A DNA stretch of 63,460 bases, filler included, from Reticulomyxa filosa (taxonomy: Eukaryota; Protista; Foraminifera): the NCBI GenBank assembly GCA_000512085.1. It is 18 parts of 18 records of this genome, joined end to end, with 100 filler letters (N's around TTAATTAATTAA, not from the genome) between each part and the next. Parts side by side here need not be neighbours in the genome. Positions count along the whole stretch, not along the records: positions 10,110 to 15,058 come from ASPP01009466.1; positions 15,159 to 17,857 come from ASPP01006257.1; positions 17,958 to 20,250 come from ASPP01046368.1; positions 20,351 to 25,065 come from ASPP01003671.1; positions 25,166 to 27,970 come from ASPP01020300.1; 13 more parts are not named here. One strand, written 5' to 3'. The first letter of the stretch is position 1. Each line of letters begins with the position of its first letter. A program made the translations under genes and the position numbers. Below the pieces are notes generated by a model, which searched no databases, had not been told where the DNA came from, and saw nothing but the letters and a program-made list of their open reading frames with translations. Positions 11,953 to 25,231 of the stretch are shown here, one piece after another.

Positions 11953-14243
11953 ACTGCTGATTCGGATCTTTTTTTAACGAGAATTGTGTAGGGCAAAAAG
12001 AGACTCCCAAAAAAAAAAAAGACTTATGACGCCGTTTTATGTGGCATACTCCAAAAAAGAATATAACAATTTTTGTCATTAAACAGATGTATTTTCTCTT
12101 GCCATTTATAAGCCATCTGATAGCACAATCTCTAAACATAAAAAAAATATGTTTTGTGCACATTTACAATTATAATACAACAAAAACAAAGCTTGTTAAT
12201 TGTACTGTAGTTTTGGCTTTAAAAAATAAAATGCATACTTTTTTTTACAAATTATCAAAATAGTAAACATTTTTTGTTGTTCAAAAGAGTTTAATTTTTT
12301 TCTAAACTCCCATCAATATCAAAACAAAACTTAACAAAACTTTACAGCAAAAGCAATAACCAAGACCCACGTTAAGGCCATCGAACATGCGCAATGCCGA
12401 GGACCAGAAAAGAAAAGAAAGATATCAAATTGGAGTGACTCCAGTTTCTTCTAACAAGAAAGCTTTAGCAATCGGATTTTGCATTTTAACCAGTCAGAAG
12501 AGATTATCTTGTTTATCTAATTTGTACGCAAGTTGTCAATATCACAAAATAAAAAATTTTACTGATTATTTGAATAAATTATGTCTCTTGGAATGGTCAG
12601 GGTCTTGGTTGAAGTTAATGGAAAAGAATATCAAAACCAAAGATAACCGAAAACGTTACCTCTTAATAAAAAGAAAATGGAAACAAAAATATCTCATGCA
12701 TTTGCCTTTGACATGTTTGGTTCATTATCGAAATTACTCAAAAAATAAAAAGATATTAATTATTGCGTATTGGATTAATTGGAGTGAGTTATTTTCAAAT
12801 GTCTATGAAACAACCAGACAACAATGATAAGCGGGTCACAAATATTGTGATTTTGATGGGGTAATAACATTTTGTTAAGAATTATGGTCTATTTCGTTGT
12901 TTAGCAGTTGCATTACTAACAAATATTGCTGACAGAATGTTGATAAATGTGTATTTCGACAAAAAAATGAGCTATCAACTCGATGATACTTTAAATATTA
13001 AGATTTATTTAAATAATTTTGTATCGACTGTTTATCCATAGCAAATTTGTGATGTTTCAAACTCATTTTGTAGAATTGTTGATTGTTTTTGAATGTTTAA
13101 ATGAGAATGAATAAAATGTGTGAATTTCAACTCTTTGCATTTCTAAGCTAAATAAATTGAAATGTTTTTTAATCTGCGATTCACTTCATAAAGAAAAACA
13201 GAATAGTATGGATCATATTTCAGTTATTTTCTTTGCATTCTAAGTATCTTTGATAAAATTATATTGTGTTCCCTTCTTTTTGATAATACAAAAGAATAAA
13301 TATATTTCTTTGGAAATGTGAATTGAAGGTAAAAATTAAACAATATGAAAACGTGGAATCTTTTTTACTTTCCCAATACTAAACCCGAGTGCCAAATTGA
13401 CAAATTTGTTATATTAAGGTATTATTATTGATTTCTTTGCTTATATTTTTATTCAATTACTTACATATTAGCAATATTTTCTTTTCCTCAGGTTGTTTAG
13501 CTATCAAATAAACAAAGCAATACCAAGCACCTAATTTTAGGATATTATATTTTGCGAAGGTGAGAAACAAATTGTAATAGTTCCAGCAGGATATTTGAAT
13601 GTATTTATTAATTATTGTTTTTCGCTTCTCATGATCAAAGCTTCAATGTAGATGATGATTTGTGTATTGATATCTCAGTAAAAACAGGCTGCAGTAAGTC
13701 GGTTTCGGATTTGAAAACAGTCTATCCATTACTCAACAACTGACTTTGGCAAGCACAAGGAGAATCTTTTTTCTTTATATTTTTTGAATATTCTTCATAA
13801 CTATTTTTTAAAAATAATATTGCTATTTTTTTAAAAATAAAAAATATTATACACTTTTTTTGTTTGTCATGTTAAGAGCATTTTTATATCAATATCGACT
13901 GAGGAAGAAGGAAAAAAGGAGTGTTGATTGGACACTATAGCGTGGTGAAATTGGATCATAATTTGTACTTGGCAAAGAAAAGTAATTTTTAACAAAGCTA
14001 TAAAATTTTGCTATTTTCATTGATAAATACATTTGTATAAGTGTGATTTGTTATTATTTAAAAGTATTTTATGAATACTTTCAAAAAAGGAGAATAAATC
14101 AAATCAATTAAATTTTCAATGAAACAATAAAAAGATCAAACAATAACACGAAAAGGTGTAAATTGTATCAACACAAAATATAAACGAAACAAGAAAATTT
14201 GGGGTAAAAAGATATTTTTAAAATGTATCTATATTGAATTGTA

Positions 14244-15058
14244 TTATCCACAAATTCGAATTGTTTTATCTGAACAGCCAAACGCAATTTTGCTGCCATC
14301 TGGTGAAATATCAACACATATAAATTCAGGAACCGTAAACTCTTGCGGCGCATCTCCTGATTTTGCGTCCCAAAGTCGAATAGTTCTATCGGAACAAGAT
14401 ACAATACTTTCACCTGAAAAGTATCTAACATCTTTAACAAAATGTGAATGTCCTTCCAATTTTTTTAATTCTTTTCCTGAATTTATATCTAATATTCGGA
14501 TTGTTTATCTCTTAAACTTGCTACAACAAATCTACCATCTGGAGAAAATCGTGCACACGAGATATGATTAGAATATCCTTTAAATGTTTTTAATACTTTT
14601 TCAGATTTTACATCATATACAGTAATTGTTTTATCACTAGATGATGATAAAATGAATTGATTATCTGGTGAAAATTGTACACAATGTACAAAATTTGAAT
14701 GATGGCGTATTCTTTTGATCGCTTTCCCAGAATCCACATTCCATATTATCATTGTATTATCTTTTGAGCCTGACACAAGATATTTATCATCCGAAGAAAA
14801 GTCTACATCCAACACCGAACCTTCATGTCCTCTAAAACACATTAATTCTCTTTCTGATTTTACATCCCATAATCCAATTATGGTATCAATTGAACATACA
14901 GCAATACGATTTGCACGAGATGAAAATTTTACGACATTAACATGTGCGAATTGTCGTCGGAATTTTTGAAGCCGTTGTCCTAATTCAATATCCCATATGC
15001 GAATAGTTGTATCCAGTGATGATGAAACAACTTTACGACTGTCTGCTGAAAATTTTAC
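14244..15058 (-). CDS. WD40-repeat protein, C-terminal part
   Basis: GHEGSVLDVDFSSDDKYLVSGSKDNTMIIWN, FSPDNQFILSSSSDKTI and GHSHFVKDVRY..DRTIRLWD. One missing A at ~14505 (DKTIRI). Confidence 0.9.
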
Positions 15059-18000
15059 NNNNNNNNNNNNNNNNNNNNNNNNNNNNNNNNNNNNNNNNNN
15101 NNTTAATTAATTAANNNNNNNNNNNNNNNNNNNNNNNNNNNNNNNNNNNNNNNNNNNNGTTGCTTATGTATACGTAAGAATATATTTTCATTAAATTTTT
15201 TTTGTTGCTATTTTTGAACCTGTTCTGTTCGACTTCGAAATAACGAATTCATATGGAAAAATACAAATACATATGCCGTTGCAATGCCCACTACTGTTGT
15301 TATACATAGTAGTACACGAAATATTAAGACTAGACCTGTTCGGTCGGCTATTCCGTGTTTTACAATTATTTGTACACACACTCATTTTTTAACTCTTTCT
15401 TATCTTTTCAAAAAATTCAATGTATAAATGATAAAAAAAAAAAAAAAACAAAAACAAAACGGTTTTGATAGCAAATGATTAAAAATCCATCAAGAATTAG
15501 CTCAAAGGTTGCAAATGCCCATGTTGCAAGCCGAAATCGAATTTGTGGATCTGAGGCTACCGAAATACACAATTGTTGATTCACAACTACATACAGAAAT
15601 ATTTCCAAGGCGTAACAAGGTAAAGAGACTTCAAGCGGGACATGACTTTTCTGCGTTTCGAGAAGCATTGCTGGCTCAGTTATCGTTCGTTATTTTTGTT
15701 TTTACTTTTCTGCTCCCTCCAAAAAAGCACGTACGCGTGCGTTCGTCCTACGTATCTCTTAAAATAGGTAGGGATGATGAAGGTATAGCTTCATTTAGTA
15801 TTCCAAAAAATCAAATTTTGTTTGTCAATTATTTAAATTACAAGATCTTGTAAATGCACAAAGTACAAAAATTACTCTTGGTTGATAAAATAGCAATTTG
15901 GAAGAGGGTCTGTTCTATCTAATGCAACGTAATATTTTTCACATGAGTTTTTTAATTAAAAATCAAGCTCGATTCAACATATGTTTTACTACATTTTTAT
16001 GTACATTTGGATTGAAACTTATTCTATTATGTACTTTTCGTCTCACGATAGTGCATAGTAGTAATTGATGGTATACAAAAAGGCTAACAACTTCTGAAAC
16101 AGGTACATAGTACTTCAAAATTGAATTTAGTTTATTAATTTATTTTAATTTGTAAAAAGAGCAATAGTATGCTTCAAGGACAAGGAATTTGTTAAGTTTT
16201 TTAGGTTTGAGGATACATGTTCAAAAGTGTCTAAATTCTAAAAAAATTTTAGCAATCCTTAGATTTTTTCTTTGTTTTTTTTGTTGCTATAAGTTTAGTT
16301 TGTTGTTTAGTTTACTCCAAGTCGACGTTGTAGGGTAAGTCCCTATTATAACTTTCAAGGACCTTGGAACCCCCAGTAATTAAACTTACGACAACACATT
16401 CTCTTTTCTTGTATTCGTTGTATTCTCTGTCTTTTGTGGATTTAATTAATTTCGTTTTATTCAAATTTTGTTTCTTGGGACAAAATCCCTTTCGTATTAC
16501 ATAATCTAACTCACTAGATATATTTTTTATTTTGTATTATTTTAATAAAAAAATTTGATTTGTCTTTGTGATAATTTTTTAAAAGTTGTATATTTTATTG
16601 AGCGGATTGCTTCAATAAAATAAATCAAAAATATAACTAAACGTTTGTTTTATAAATTTTTATTTTTGTTTTCTAAAAAAATGTAAAGCTGAAAGTATGT
16701 AAAAATTTGAAAAAATGAAAAAATCATTCTATTAATAGCACACCCTTGGAAAAATAAGTTTTGTTTAATTCTTTTATAGCTAATTATCACCATTTTCTGT
16801 ATCAAAAGACAAACCCTGCAATTGGTATGATTAGATAAACAAATTTAACAATGCATCGTTTTCACATTCTCTTGATTATTTCATTAAAATTTTTTTTAGG
16901 TGCAAACAACAAAAGAAAAAATGTTAAGTAAAACATTTAAAAAAAAGGTGTCTGTTTTGAAAAAGTTCCGATTGATACTCAATCTCACTTTCAGCATCGC
17001 TACCAGGACTCCAAAAAAATCATTAAGAAAATAAAAAATACAATCGTCCCCAATTTCACAGAGTTCCTGTTCCGCGTCTTTACCGAAAAGACGTCATGAA
17101 GGCCAATGACGTCATGGAGCCGGGACTCACTAAAATCAGTGATTCCACAACGGTCATAACTTCCATGTTGGCAACGGAGTATCTATTTCATGAGTGCCAC
17201 CATGGATTGCGAATATCCCGCGTTTGCAGATTGTCATAGAACCTCATTTCAGTTGGAATTGAGGCCAAAACAAGGAATGCAGTTCCGTTTCAAAATGCAA
17301 CAGCCTCCCTCAGACCATCAGCATACCATTACTTGGATTACTCCTTAAAATAATTGTTTTTGCAGCCACATGGTCCTGTTTCACAACTGTTTTGGAGTAC
17401 AAAAATATTGGAGTCGATTTTTGACTTACCGTACCTGTAGAAGGGTAAATTTCCCTTTTCTGCGTTATGAAATAAAATTGTTACTTGCCTTGGAGTATAT
17501 TGTTTTTATTCATTTGTGAAAAAAATTTTTAAACAACTTTTCAACTGCGTAAAACTATCAGTCTATTGATTTATGTACAATAGTAATAACTGCTTATTTT
17601 AGTTTATAGATATAGTTTTTGTTTTTTCTCTTTATTCACCATCATCACTTTTCCAGCTCTGTTATTAAATTGTCACTCCTTTTTTTTTGTTATATTTTTT
17701 TGACATCGCATCCGCTTTTATTCATCGTTCCTTCTTTGAAAGTAAATCCAAAGTACAACTGGAACAACGTTTTAAAATAGACGCTACGGTATCGAATCTT
17801 CATCATCCCCTGTTTTCTGGGGCAAAATAATTTTTGTTCGTTTTGTTTTTTTTTTTTNNNNNNNNNNNNNNNNNNNNNNNNNNNNNNNNNNNNNNNNNNN
17901 NTTAATTAATTAANNNNNNNNNNNNNNNNNNNNNNNNNNNNNNNNNNNNNNNNNNNNAATTTTTATTTAAATCATCAAGCCAACTTATTTTAACAAATTC

Positions 18001-20449
18001 TAATCGAATCCAATGTGTAATCATTTCAATTTCTTTCATTTTTTTAAAAAATAGAATGAGTATCATTATAATCCATTTGAACAGACATCAAGCCTTAACT
18101 TTCAATTTCAATTTTGTTTGTCACTCAGTGATGAATCACTTGATTTTTTTTTCTAAGAAAGTGACAATCTTTTTTTTTCTTGTTAACATTTTGTTTTTTC
18201 TTTGTCGATGCAAAAAGTTGTTTATCCTGCAAACTTCCATTTGATAATGACGATGGTTACATGAAATTTGATAACATTGTTCTCTCTTTCATTTCTTTTG
18301 ATTGTGTAATCTTATCACAAAATACACTTTTGAGATGTAATTGTGATAAGCGCCAAGAGAAGGCCGAGTTGAATAACGACACGTTCTGTCGACAAATATG
18401 GATTTACGTTATCTCCTTCATCAGCGATGTGACGGAGATGTAATTTTGACTTGCTTCCGATATAAATTGGCAAATTTGTTGAGAGGCTTCAAAAATTACT
18501 TAGCCTGATTTCGATATCTCTGTTCGCCGGACGTTGCAGTGTCTTTGCCCAATAATACACTTATCCGACGATGAGGACATCGATAAATTGGAAGCCTTTT
18601 TATAATAAGTTGGTTGGTCACGTTTGGTATTTGATTGCTTGTGGTGACACAAATTTGGCGAGCAAGCAATTTGAATAGCAAATCCCTTTTGCCAAGTATG
18701 TGAAGTTATGCACTGACGCAGTTATTTTTTTTTTTTTTTGAGTCAAATAATAAAAAAAAACGGAGGGAGTGCGTTGATTTGCCTCTTTTTTTTTTTTTAG
18801 GATGGTGTCTAACTGGATGTGATATGACATTGCAAGAGAATGACAACTGGTTTTATGTGTTCAATGTCTCATTGAAACTCTTGGATGCATTGGTAACGAT
18901 TTGCCATGACACTGCTAGAAATAATGGTATGTTGGAAACTGGTCAATCACCAAAGTAATAGAAGTAATATCAGTGAAAATCTTTTCAAGCAATAAAATAT
19001 TCTTATGTCCAATAGATGTCCAATTGACAACACTTTGACCATCAATTTCAATAGAAAATGTTGAACACGTTGTTGGTCATATTGAATACCCTCTTGAACC
19101 GTGACCCGATCAAACACATCACAACTATGAAGCAGCAATGTGGTATTGGCTGTACCATCGAGGATTTGTGTTGGTAGATGCAATGGGCGTGGAATAGCAG
19201 TTTCGAATATTATCTCTAAGTGCTTTATACTGTGCGGTCTGATTAAAAAAAATATTACCAGTGGTGTCAATTGCAAAATCCAATTTGTTGGAGATGCTGT
19301 ATCCATTAGTAACTTTACCGCATTCAAACCTTGTGCCAATGTAAATTTGTAAACTATTTTTCAAGACATTCTTGATTTCATTTTGTTTACTTATTATTTC
19401 TTTTTGGTTCATTTTAACTCGATCTCTTCATCTTTTTTTTTTTTTTTTGAAACATGAAAGTGGAAAATGCAATTTGCAAAATTGGAAGATCATATCGATG
19501 TAGATAGCGTAGTCGATAATACTATGTAATACAGATATGATGGTTCAATATTGCCTTTGTTGCATAACTCAATTGTTGATTACAATACACAGCGTTTCCA
19601 TTTGTCCAAAATTTTTTATTTAATATCCAAAAATGCCACTGAAGGATGATCTATCAAAGATTTCAAAAATACCGAAACACAACTGCACGTAACGATCGGA
19701 GGGGGATCATAGAGGTCTGACAAAATATTACGTGCCTATGAAAAAATGAATCTTTCTATTTGTATACTGGCTGAAATAGGTGCGAATAATTGATTGCATT
19801 TTCCAGTACTAATTTTGAATATGCGATCCACAACAGCAACGGTCACACTATTTTCCAAATCATTGAGCACAATCCTTTGCAATCGCTTTTCGTTGTCAAA
19901 ATTCAAACAAAAGTGATGTTATCTTCTTCTTCTTTTCATTTGACAATCACAAACCATTGTACTTGTGGACTTTGTGTTCCGGTTTCTTTTTTTTTGTTTC
20001 ATTTTTGAAATCTGTCCTTCTCTGTATTCTTTCGCATTGAAAAAATTCCAATTAAAAACTTCAGGAGCTTTTGTACAGTGGTTTCTTTGTAAGAATGTCG
20101 TAAGCCAAAAATCTAAAAAGAAATTAGAAAGCCACAGAGGACAAGGGAAAAAATAACACCACATTAGTTTTCATTGTGAACATCTTGTTCAAATGTTCAT
20201 AGATTTAGAGCTTAAAAAAAAACTTTTTTAGTCTAGAACTTTTTTCACTCNNNNNNNNNNNNNNNNNNNNNNNNNNNNNNNNNNNNNNNNNNNNTTAATT
20301 AATTAANNNNNNNNNNNNNNNNNNNNNNNNNNNNNNNNNNNNNNNNNNNNAGTGCCATTTATGTATGTCAGTTTTTTTTGCAATCTACTGTAGTTCATGA
20401 ACAAAATTTTGGAGTATTTATATAACATTAGAAATAATCTGTTTTATTA

Positions 20450-20645
20450 GGGATACGACGAGTAGTTCTATGTTGTGGTGTAGCCAGGTTTTTTGCATCG
20501 GCATAGAACGATTTACTTAAATCGTATGTTCTCACCGAGAGTAGAGCGTTGAAATACAACTGCACGTTAGGTGAATGCTTCAGACAACGATAGTTAGTAA
20601 GTTAAACCTAAAATGCAACTTCTCGTATCGGGAGGGATTTTTTTT
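20450..20645 (+). ncRNA. Candidate structured non-coding RNA, class unidentified
   Basis: Terminal stem 20452-20458/20623-20629, three internal helices, TTTATATAA about 30 nt upstream and T8 at the end. No ORF of 60 aa or more. See findings. Confidence 0.3.
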
Positions 20646-20853
20646 ATATTATTATGTTTATTTCATATATGAGATGGTACTGGAGCAGAGTTGAGGAATT
20701 GCACTTTATATTTGTGAAACAAATTGTTCGAGTAAAAGACTACCTAAAAGAAAAAAAACTAAAACACTTTTTCTTGTCACGGAAAGATTTCCCCATAAAA
20801 AGAATGTTCAAAGTGCCGATAAAACGATTAGATTCGAATATTAACGAAGATTG

Positions 20854-21919
20854 TCATCCAAAATAAGGATCCCAAATCCACAACTATTCAAAGGCAAAAC
20901 AAAAGAGATTTTAAAAATACACGAGAAGAGATGAAGGGGGGGGATTGATGTAACATTTGTCATCCATTTTTCACTGCCATTGAGTGGTGGTTCAGCAAAA
21001 TGTAGTGACGACTGATCAGCATTTCCGTCAGGGAACAAATCATAAAAGAAGACAGCAGTTCCTTTTTTCGGTTTAACACCAAAATAGCCATTTTGATCAC
21101 GACACCGTTCTGCAGCGTTAGGAAAGCTGGTATTTCCACCCGCATCAGGAGTATTCAAGTACATCAAAAAAGTTAAAAAGCGTTGATTGGGTCGGTCAGT
21201 GCCATAGTCATAATGAGCTTTGTACAGTTCTCCACTTCTGTAATGTACCAATTGTAAAGATTCGCTGGAGACCTAAATTTTTTTTTTTTATAAAAAAAAA
21301 ATGTTTGTTTTCAATAAAATTGATAGTGAAAAAAAAACAAAAAAAAACAAAACATTAATAAAAAGTTTGGAAGGAGGAATACGAACGACATCAGCAATAC
21401 GCTGAACGATATGGTCAAGGATGGGTGAGAAATCACGTTCCAACCAGCAAGTGGACGAGGTGCGATCTTCTGATTCCAAAGCTTCTTCACTGACTGTGGA
21501 TCGCTTCAAGCCTAAGGATTTTCCCACGGAAATGACGTGATCACATTCGTCTTCACTAATAAAGTGATCGACACGAATTACGCGAGGCTCGTCACAAACG
21601 ACCACCAAATCCAATGTCTCGTCCAAGTCGTCCCATTTCTGTGTTGCCGTTGACCCCTGACTACGGGCCATTTGCAAATACATTTCCTCTTTTTCGTCCA
21701 GAGTGCTTCTGTCCAATGACGTTCTGTTCCGACACCAAATGACGTGTACGTACTTGTCTTGGACAAACACGTGCTGTTCGTCTTGATACAACGACATGTT
21801 GCTTATGTGGCTTTGTGCACGTTCCAAGCCTTCTCTTATCGCTTCCGTCACCAGCGCTTCAGGACAAATCTTGAAATACGGATGATGTGAAATGCTTTCA
21901 AATTGTTGTCCTATTTCAT

Positions 21920-21950
<31 letters not shown>

Positions 21951-22797
21951 TGCTCACGGCAAATCGAACATGTTATTATTATTATTATTGTTGAAAAAAA
22001 AAAAAAAAAAAACAAACCCAAGTGAGTGATATTGAACATAAAGTGTTCAACAGGTCCTCGTGGATAGTAATTTCTCCACGGCTGTCCTGAGTTCTCAAAG
22101 TATTGCTTCATCCATTCCGACTTTTCTCGTTCAAAGTCCTCGTTTCGACGTGCCATTTGCTCAGGAGTCAACAACGTCACCAATGCCACGTACTTGTCCA
22201 TTATCGCCCTATACAATATTCCCAGCTCTTTATCCGGTGGCGTAAAGTAAAACTCATGTCCGACATATGTGTTTATTGTCTGTCCGATTAATTATTCCGA
22301 TCACACATACATATACACATCAGTCATAAGCATTTGTGTTTCTTCTCTCTTTTTTTTCGTTTTTTGTTTTTGCTTACTTTATAATGTCACAGTCAAACTT
22401 AACTGTTTCTCCTTCTGGTTCCAGCACTGCTTGAAGCACGCCATCGCCACCGTCATCCCACCATAGAGAAACTCTAATTTTATCCTAATTTTTTTTTGTT
22501 TATTTGTTTGTTTCATAATTTGTAGTTTGTATGTGCATTCATTTCTCCTATCTATCTTTTTCATTTCTGTTTCTCCGATTTAAACAAGTTTTCCTTTGCT
22601 TACTTTTGGCCACTTTTGTTCTCGAATTGACAACTCATTGCAAGTGGATGGGGGTAGGGCTGTAGGTCAGCCTCTGAATCCACACTCTCATCCAATTGTG
22701 TCTGTTTTCCCAAGGGGTCCACGACAATTTGCTCCATTTCTTGACTTTGCACATGAAGCATACACTGCAACAACAAGAGCAAAAAACTTTTAAACAT
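20854..22797 (-). CDS. Prolyl 4-hydroxylase alpha-like 2OG-Fe(II) dioxygenase, secretory, multi-exon
   Basis: Signal peptide MFKSFLLLLLQCMLHVQS; EPRVIRVDHFISEDECDHVI; RTSSTCWL; LQLVHYRSGELYKAHYD (HxD); RFLTFLMYLN..GGNTSFP; PKKGTAVFFY; SLH; EKWMTNLWIWDPYFG*. GT-AG introns restore the frame. Confidence 0.93.
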
Positions 22798-23092
22798 GTT
22801 AAAGAGGGAGATTATCCAAGCAACTCTATGATAGTAGTAATCCTCTTCCGCTTTTTGACGTTCTCACACCAACTTTTCAACGCAAGGTCCCCTTTTGTTG
22901 ACACAAACTTAGTTTTAATAATAGTGTAATTAAAAATTGTGCAAGATGTACTCATGCAGAAATCAGAACCACAATAACCAATATAAAAAGATACATTTTG
23001 TGTATGTAGCAAGAACTTTTGAGAATTTTCTCGTCAGTCCAAATTTTTAACTACAGCAACACCACAACAAAAAAAAAAACAACCCGTATTGA

Positions 23093-24240
23093 CTATAATT
23101 TAGGTGTTTCAAGGGTGACTGCTTTTTCTGTTTCGTCAAGCCAGGTTGAGATGACCTTGTTGAACTCAACACCATTTTTGTCTCTCATTGCCCAATGGGT
23201 GTGTCCTTTCAAGAGTACATAGCCATTAGGTTTTTTCTTCATCCTGTCGGCAAAGGCCTCCGTATGAAATCTGAAAGGTGACTTATACCGTACACAAACA
23301 AAAATGGTACTTTAAAGATCTGGCCTTTGTGGATGTTCAATGCCTCCATGCGCTTCGTGAATATTCTCATCCATACGTAAAAGTACAAATAATTCATGCT
23401 CGCATGGATTTCACAGTATCTATGTAAAATCAACAAAAAAGTGTACCAATTTTTCTTGCAACACTATGAACATATATATACGTATACATACACAAGTGGT
23501 CACACTACCAACAAATAAAAAGTTACAGCGAACCCAAAAGAAAACTTGAATTGTGCATATATACCTCTTTTCTCTCACAAAAGGTGCATTGGCCACAACT
23601 GGGACCAACAAGTTGAAAATGTCTCCCACAAAGCGAGGCAACAAAAGCAGAACACATTATACCATTGATAACTGAGAACACCAAATAAACTTTTAATGTC
23701 CGTAATGCCGCCACTATCGCCAATGTCAACCGAAATAATGCGCTCGTACATGTTATTTTTATCCTGCTTATACGCCATATAACCTACCAGACTTCCCCAA
23801 TCGTGAATCAACAGTATGACTTTTTCGTCTTTGTTGCTACGTATACGTGTGTTAACACATGCGTTAATGCCATCCGCTACGTCGGCCATGTCATATCCCC
23901 ATGAATGTCGACCTTCATAGTTCTTCGCGTCTTTGTCGTAATTTGGCAGGATTATGCGATAGCAATCGTACTTCTTTGTTAGCAATGGAATTTGCAATTT
24001 CCACAACGAGGCGTTGTCTGGCCAACCATGGATCAGGACAATTTTTTTGGGGGGCTCGCCGCTGTTACTCTCGTTCACACACTTGTCATGTAAAAACTCG
24101 ATTGGGGCGCTTGTCTTCTTTTTCGTTGCGTGATAATGCACCACCAAACAGACAAGAGAAAGTGTCGATGTGGCCAACAGCAACTTTTTTGGGCCCCATT
24201 TCACAACTATTTGTGATATATTCTTCAAAACTTCTGACAT
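23093..24240 (-). CDS. Alpha/beta hydrolase, epoxide-hydrolase-like
   Basis: HGWP oxyanion motif, HDWG nucleophile and a C-terminal GHTHW catalytic His region. N-terminal hydrophobic anchor. Ends ETPKL*. One intron and two 1-nt frameshifts (~23645, ~23285). Confidence 0.88.
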
Positions 24241-24609
24241 TGTAATAGTATTAAGTAGCTTCGTTTGAAAAACTCAAACCTTTTAGCACTAGTCCAACTA
24301 GAAAACTTCTCATTCGTTATTGAGCCAATATCTCCTGTGTTTTTTTCTAATATGGATTTCTTTGAAAATATTTTTGAAAAGGAGGATTGGAAATCATTTC
24401 AGTTTTTGAATATAGCATTGGACTGTAATCATAAAGACGTTGCTGAAAGTTAAAGTTAAAACTCAACAAGTAGCAGGATAAGATCAAAGGCAAACTTTAA
24501 ATGAAGCAAAAGACGTTTTTCATTAAAATTTTTTGTATATTTGTATGTTAAAAGTATCTCTGAAACTAACAAAAAAATTAAAACTGGAAGGAGTCCTAAA
24601 GAAGAGAAT

Positions 24610-25000
24610 ATGCGTGAAGGATATTATAAACTGATGTATCCTCTATTATTTATTATAATAATTTGTGCAAGACTGTCGTACGGACAAGCTCCGGATTGTG
24701 CAAATGGTTTAATAATGTATACAAGCAGCGCGCCTGCAACGTGGTACATAAGAAATGGTAGTTTGACGTATAGTTCAAAGAGTTCTGCGATGCTGTCGCA
24801 TGGAACCAACACGAAAGAATGGAGTTCTTGTCTGGCGCCCTATGACCCAAGCATTTGCTATGTGCTAACAGTCCAAGCAAACACAGAAGATGGTAACAAC
24901 GGGACTATACAAGTGTACATAAACAATACATTATTATTTGAATCAGATGAGACCACGATGCAAGCGACATATTTTATTCATCAGTATAACTATTCGAACG
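24610..25000 (+). CDS. Hypothetical secreted or membrane protein, first exon
   Basis: Signal-peptide-like LMYPLLFIIIICARLSYG followed by a Cys-containing beta-rich segment, ending in an intron-like T/A run at the contig end. Confidence 0.5.
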
Positions 25001-25028
25001 TACCCCATTGTCTTTTCTGTTTCGATCT

Positions 25029-25065
<37 letters not shown>

Positions 25066-25231
25066 NNNNNNNNNNNNNNNNNNNNNNNNNNNNNNNNNNN
25101 NNNNNNNNNTTAATTAATTAANNNNNNNNNNNNNNNNNNNNNNNNNNNNNNNNNNNNNNNNNNNNTATATATATGTATACGTATATATATGTATCTATTT
25201 ATTTATTTATATAATACAATTTGTATACAAG

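Noticed and set aside
17040-17460. Locally GC-richer island with a repeated GACGTCATG
   Set aside because: No sustained ORF or convincing fold. Likely a remnant exon.
17958-20100. Minus-strand ORF fragments (18947..19339, 19125..19412) that look protein-like
   Set aside because: Many stops and frame changes and no recognisable motif. Probably a decayed gene, but the product cannot be assigned.
20537-20575. Resemblance to group II intron domain V or to U3 box B
   Set aside because: The AGC triad geometry, domain VI and the U3 A, C and D boxes are not matched. Kept only as part of the unclassified RNA candidate.
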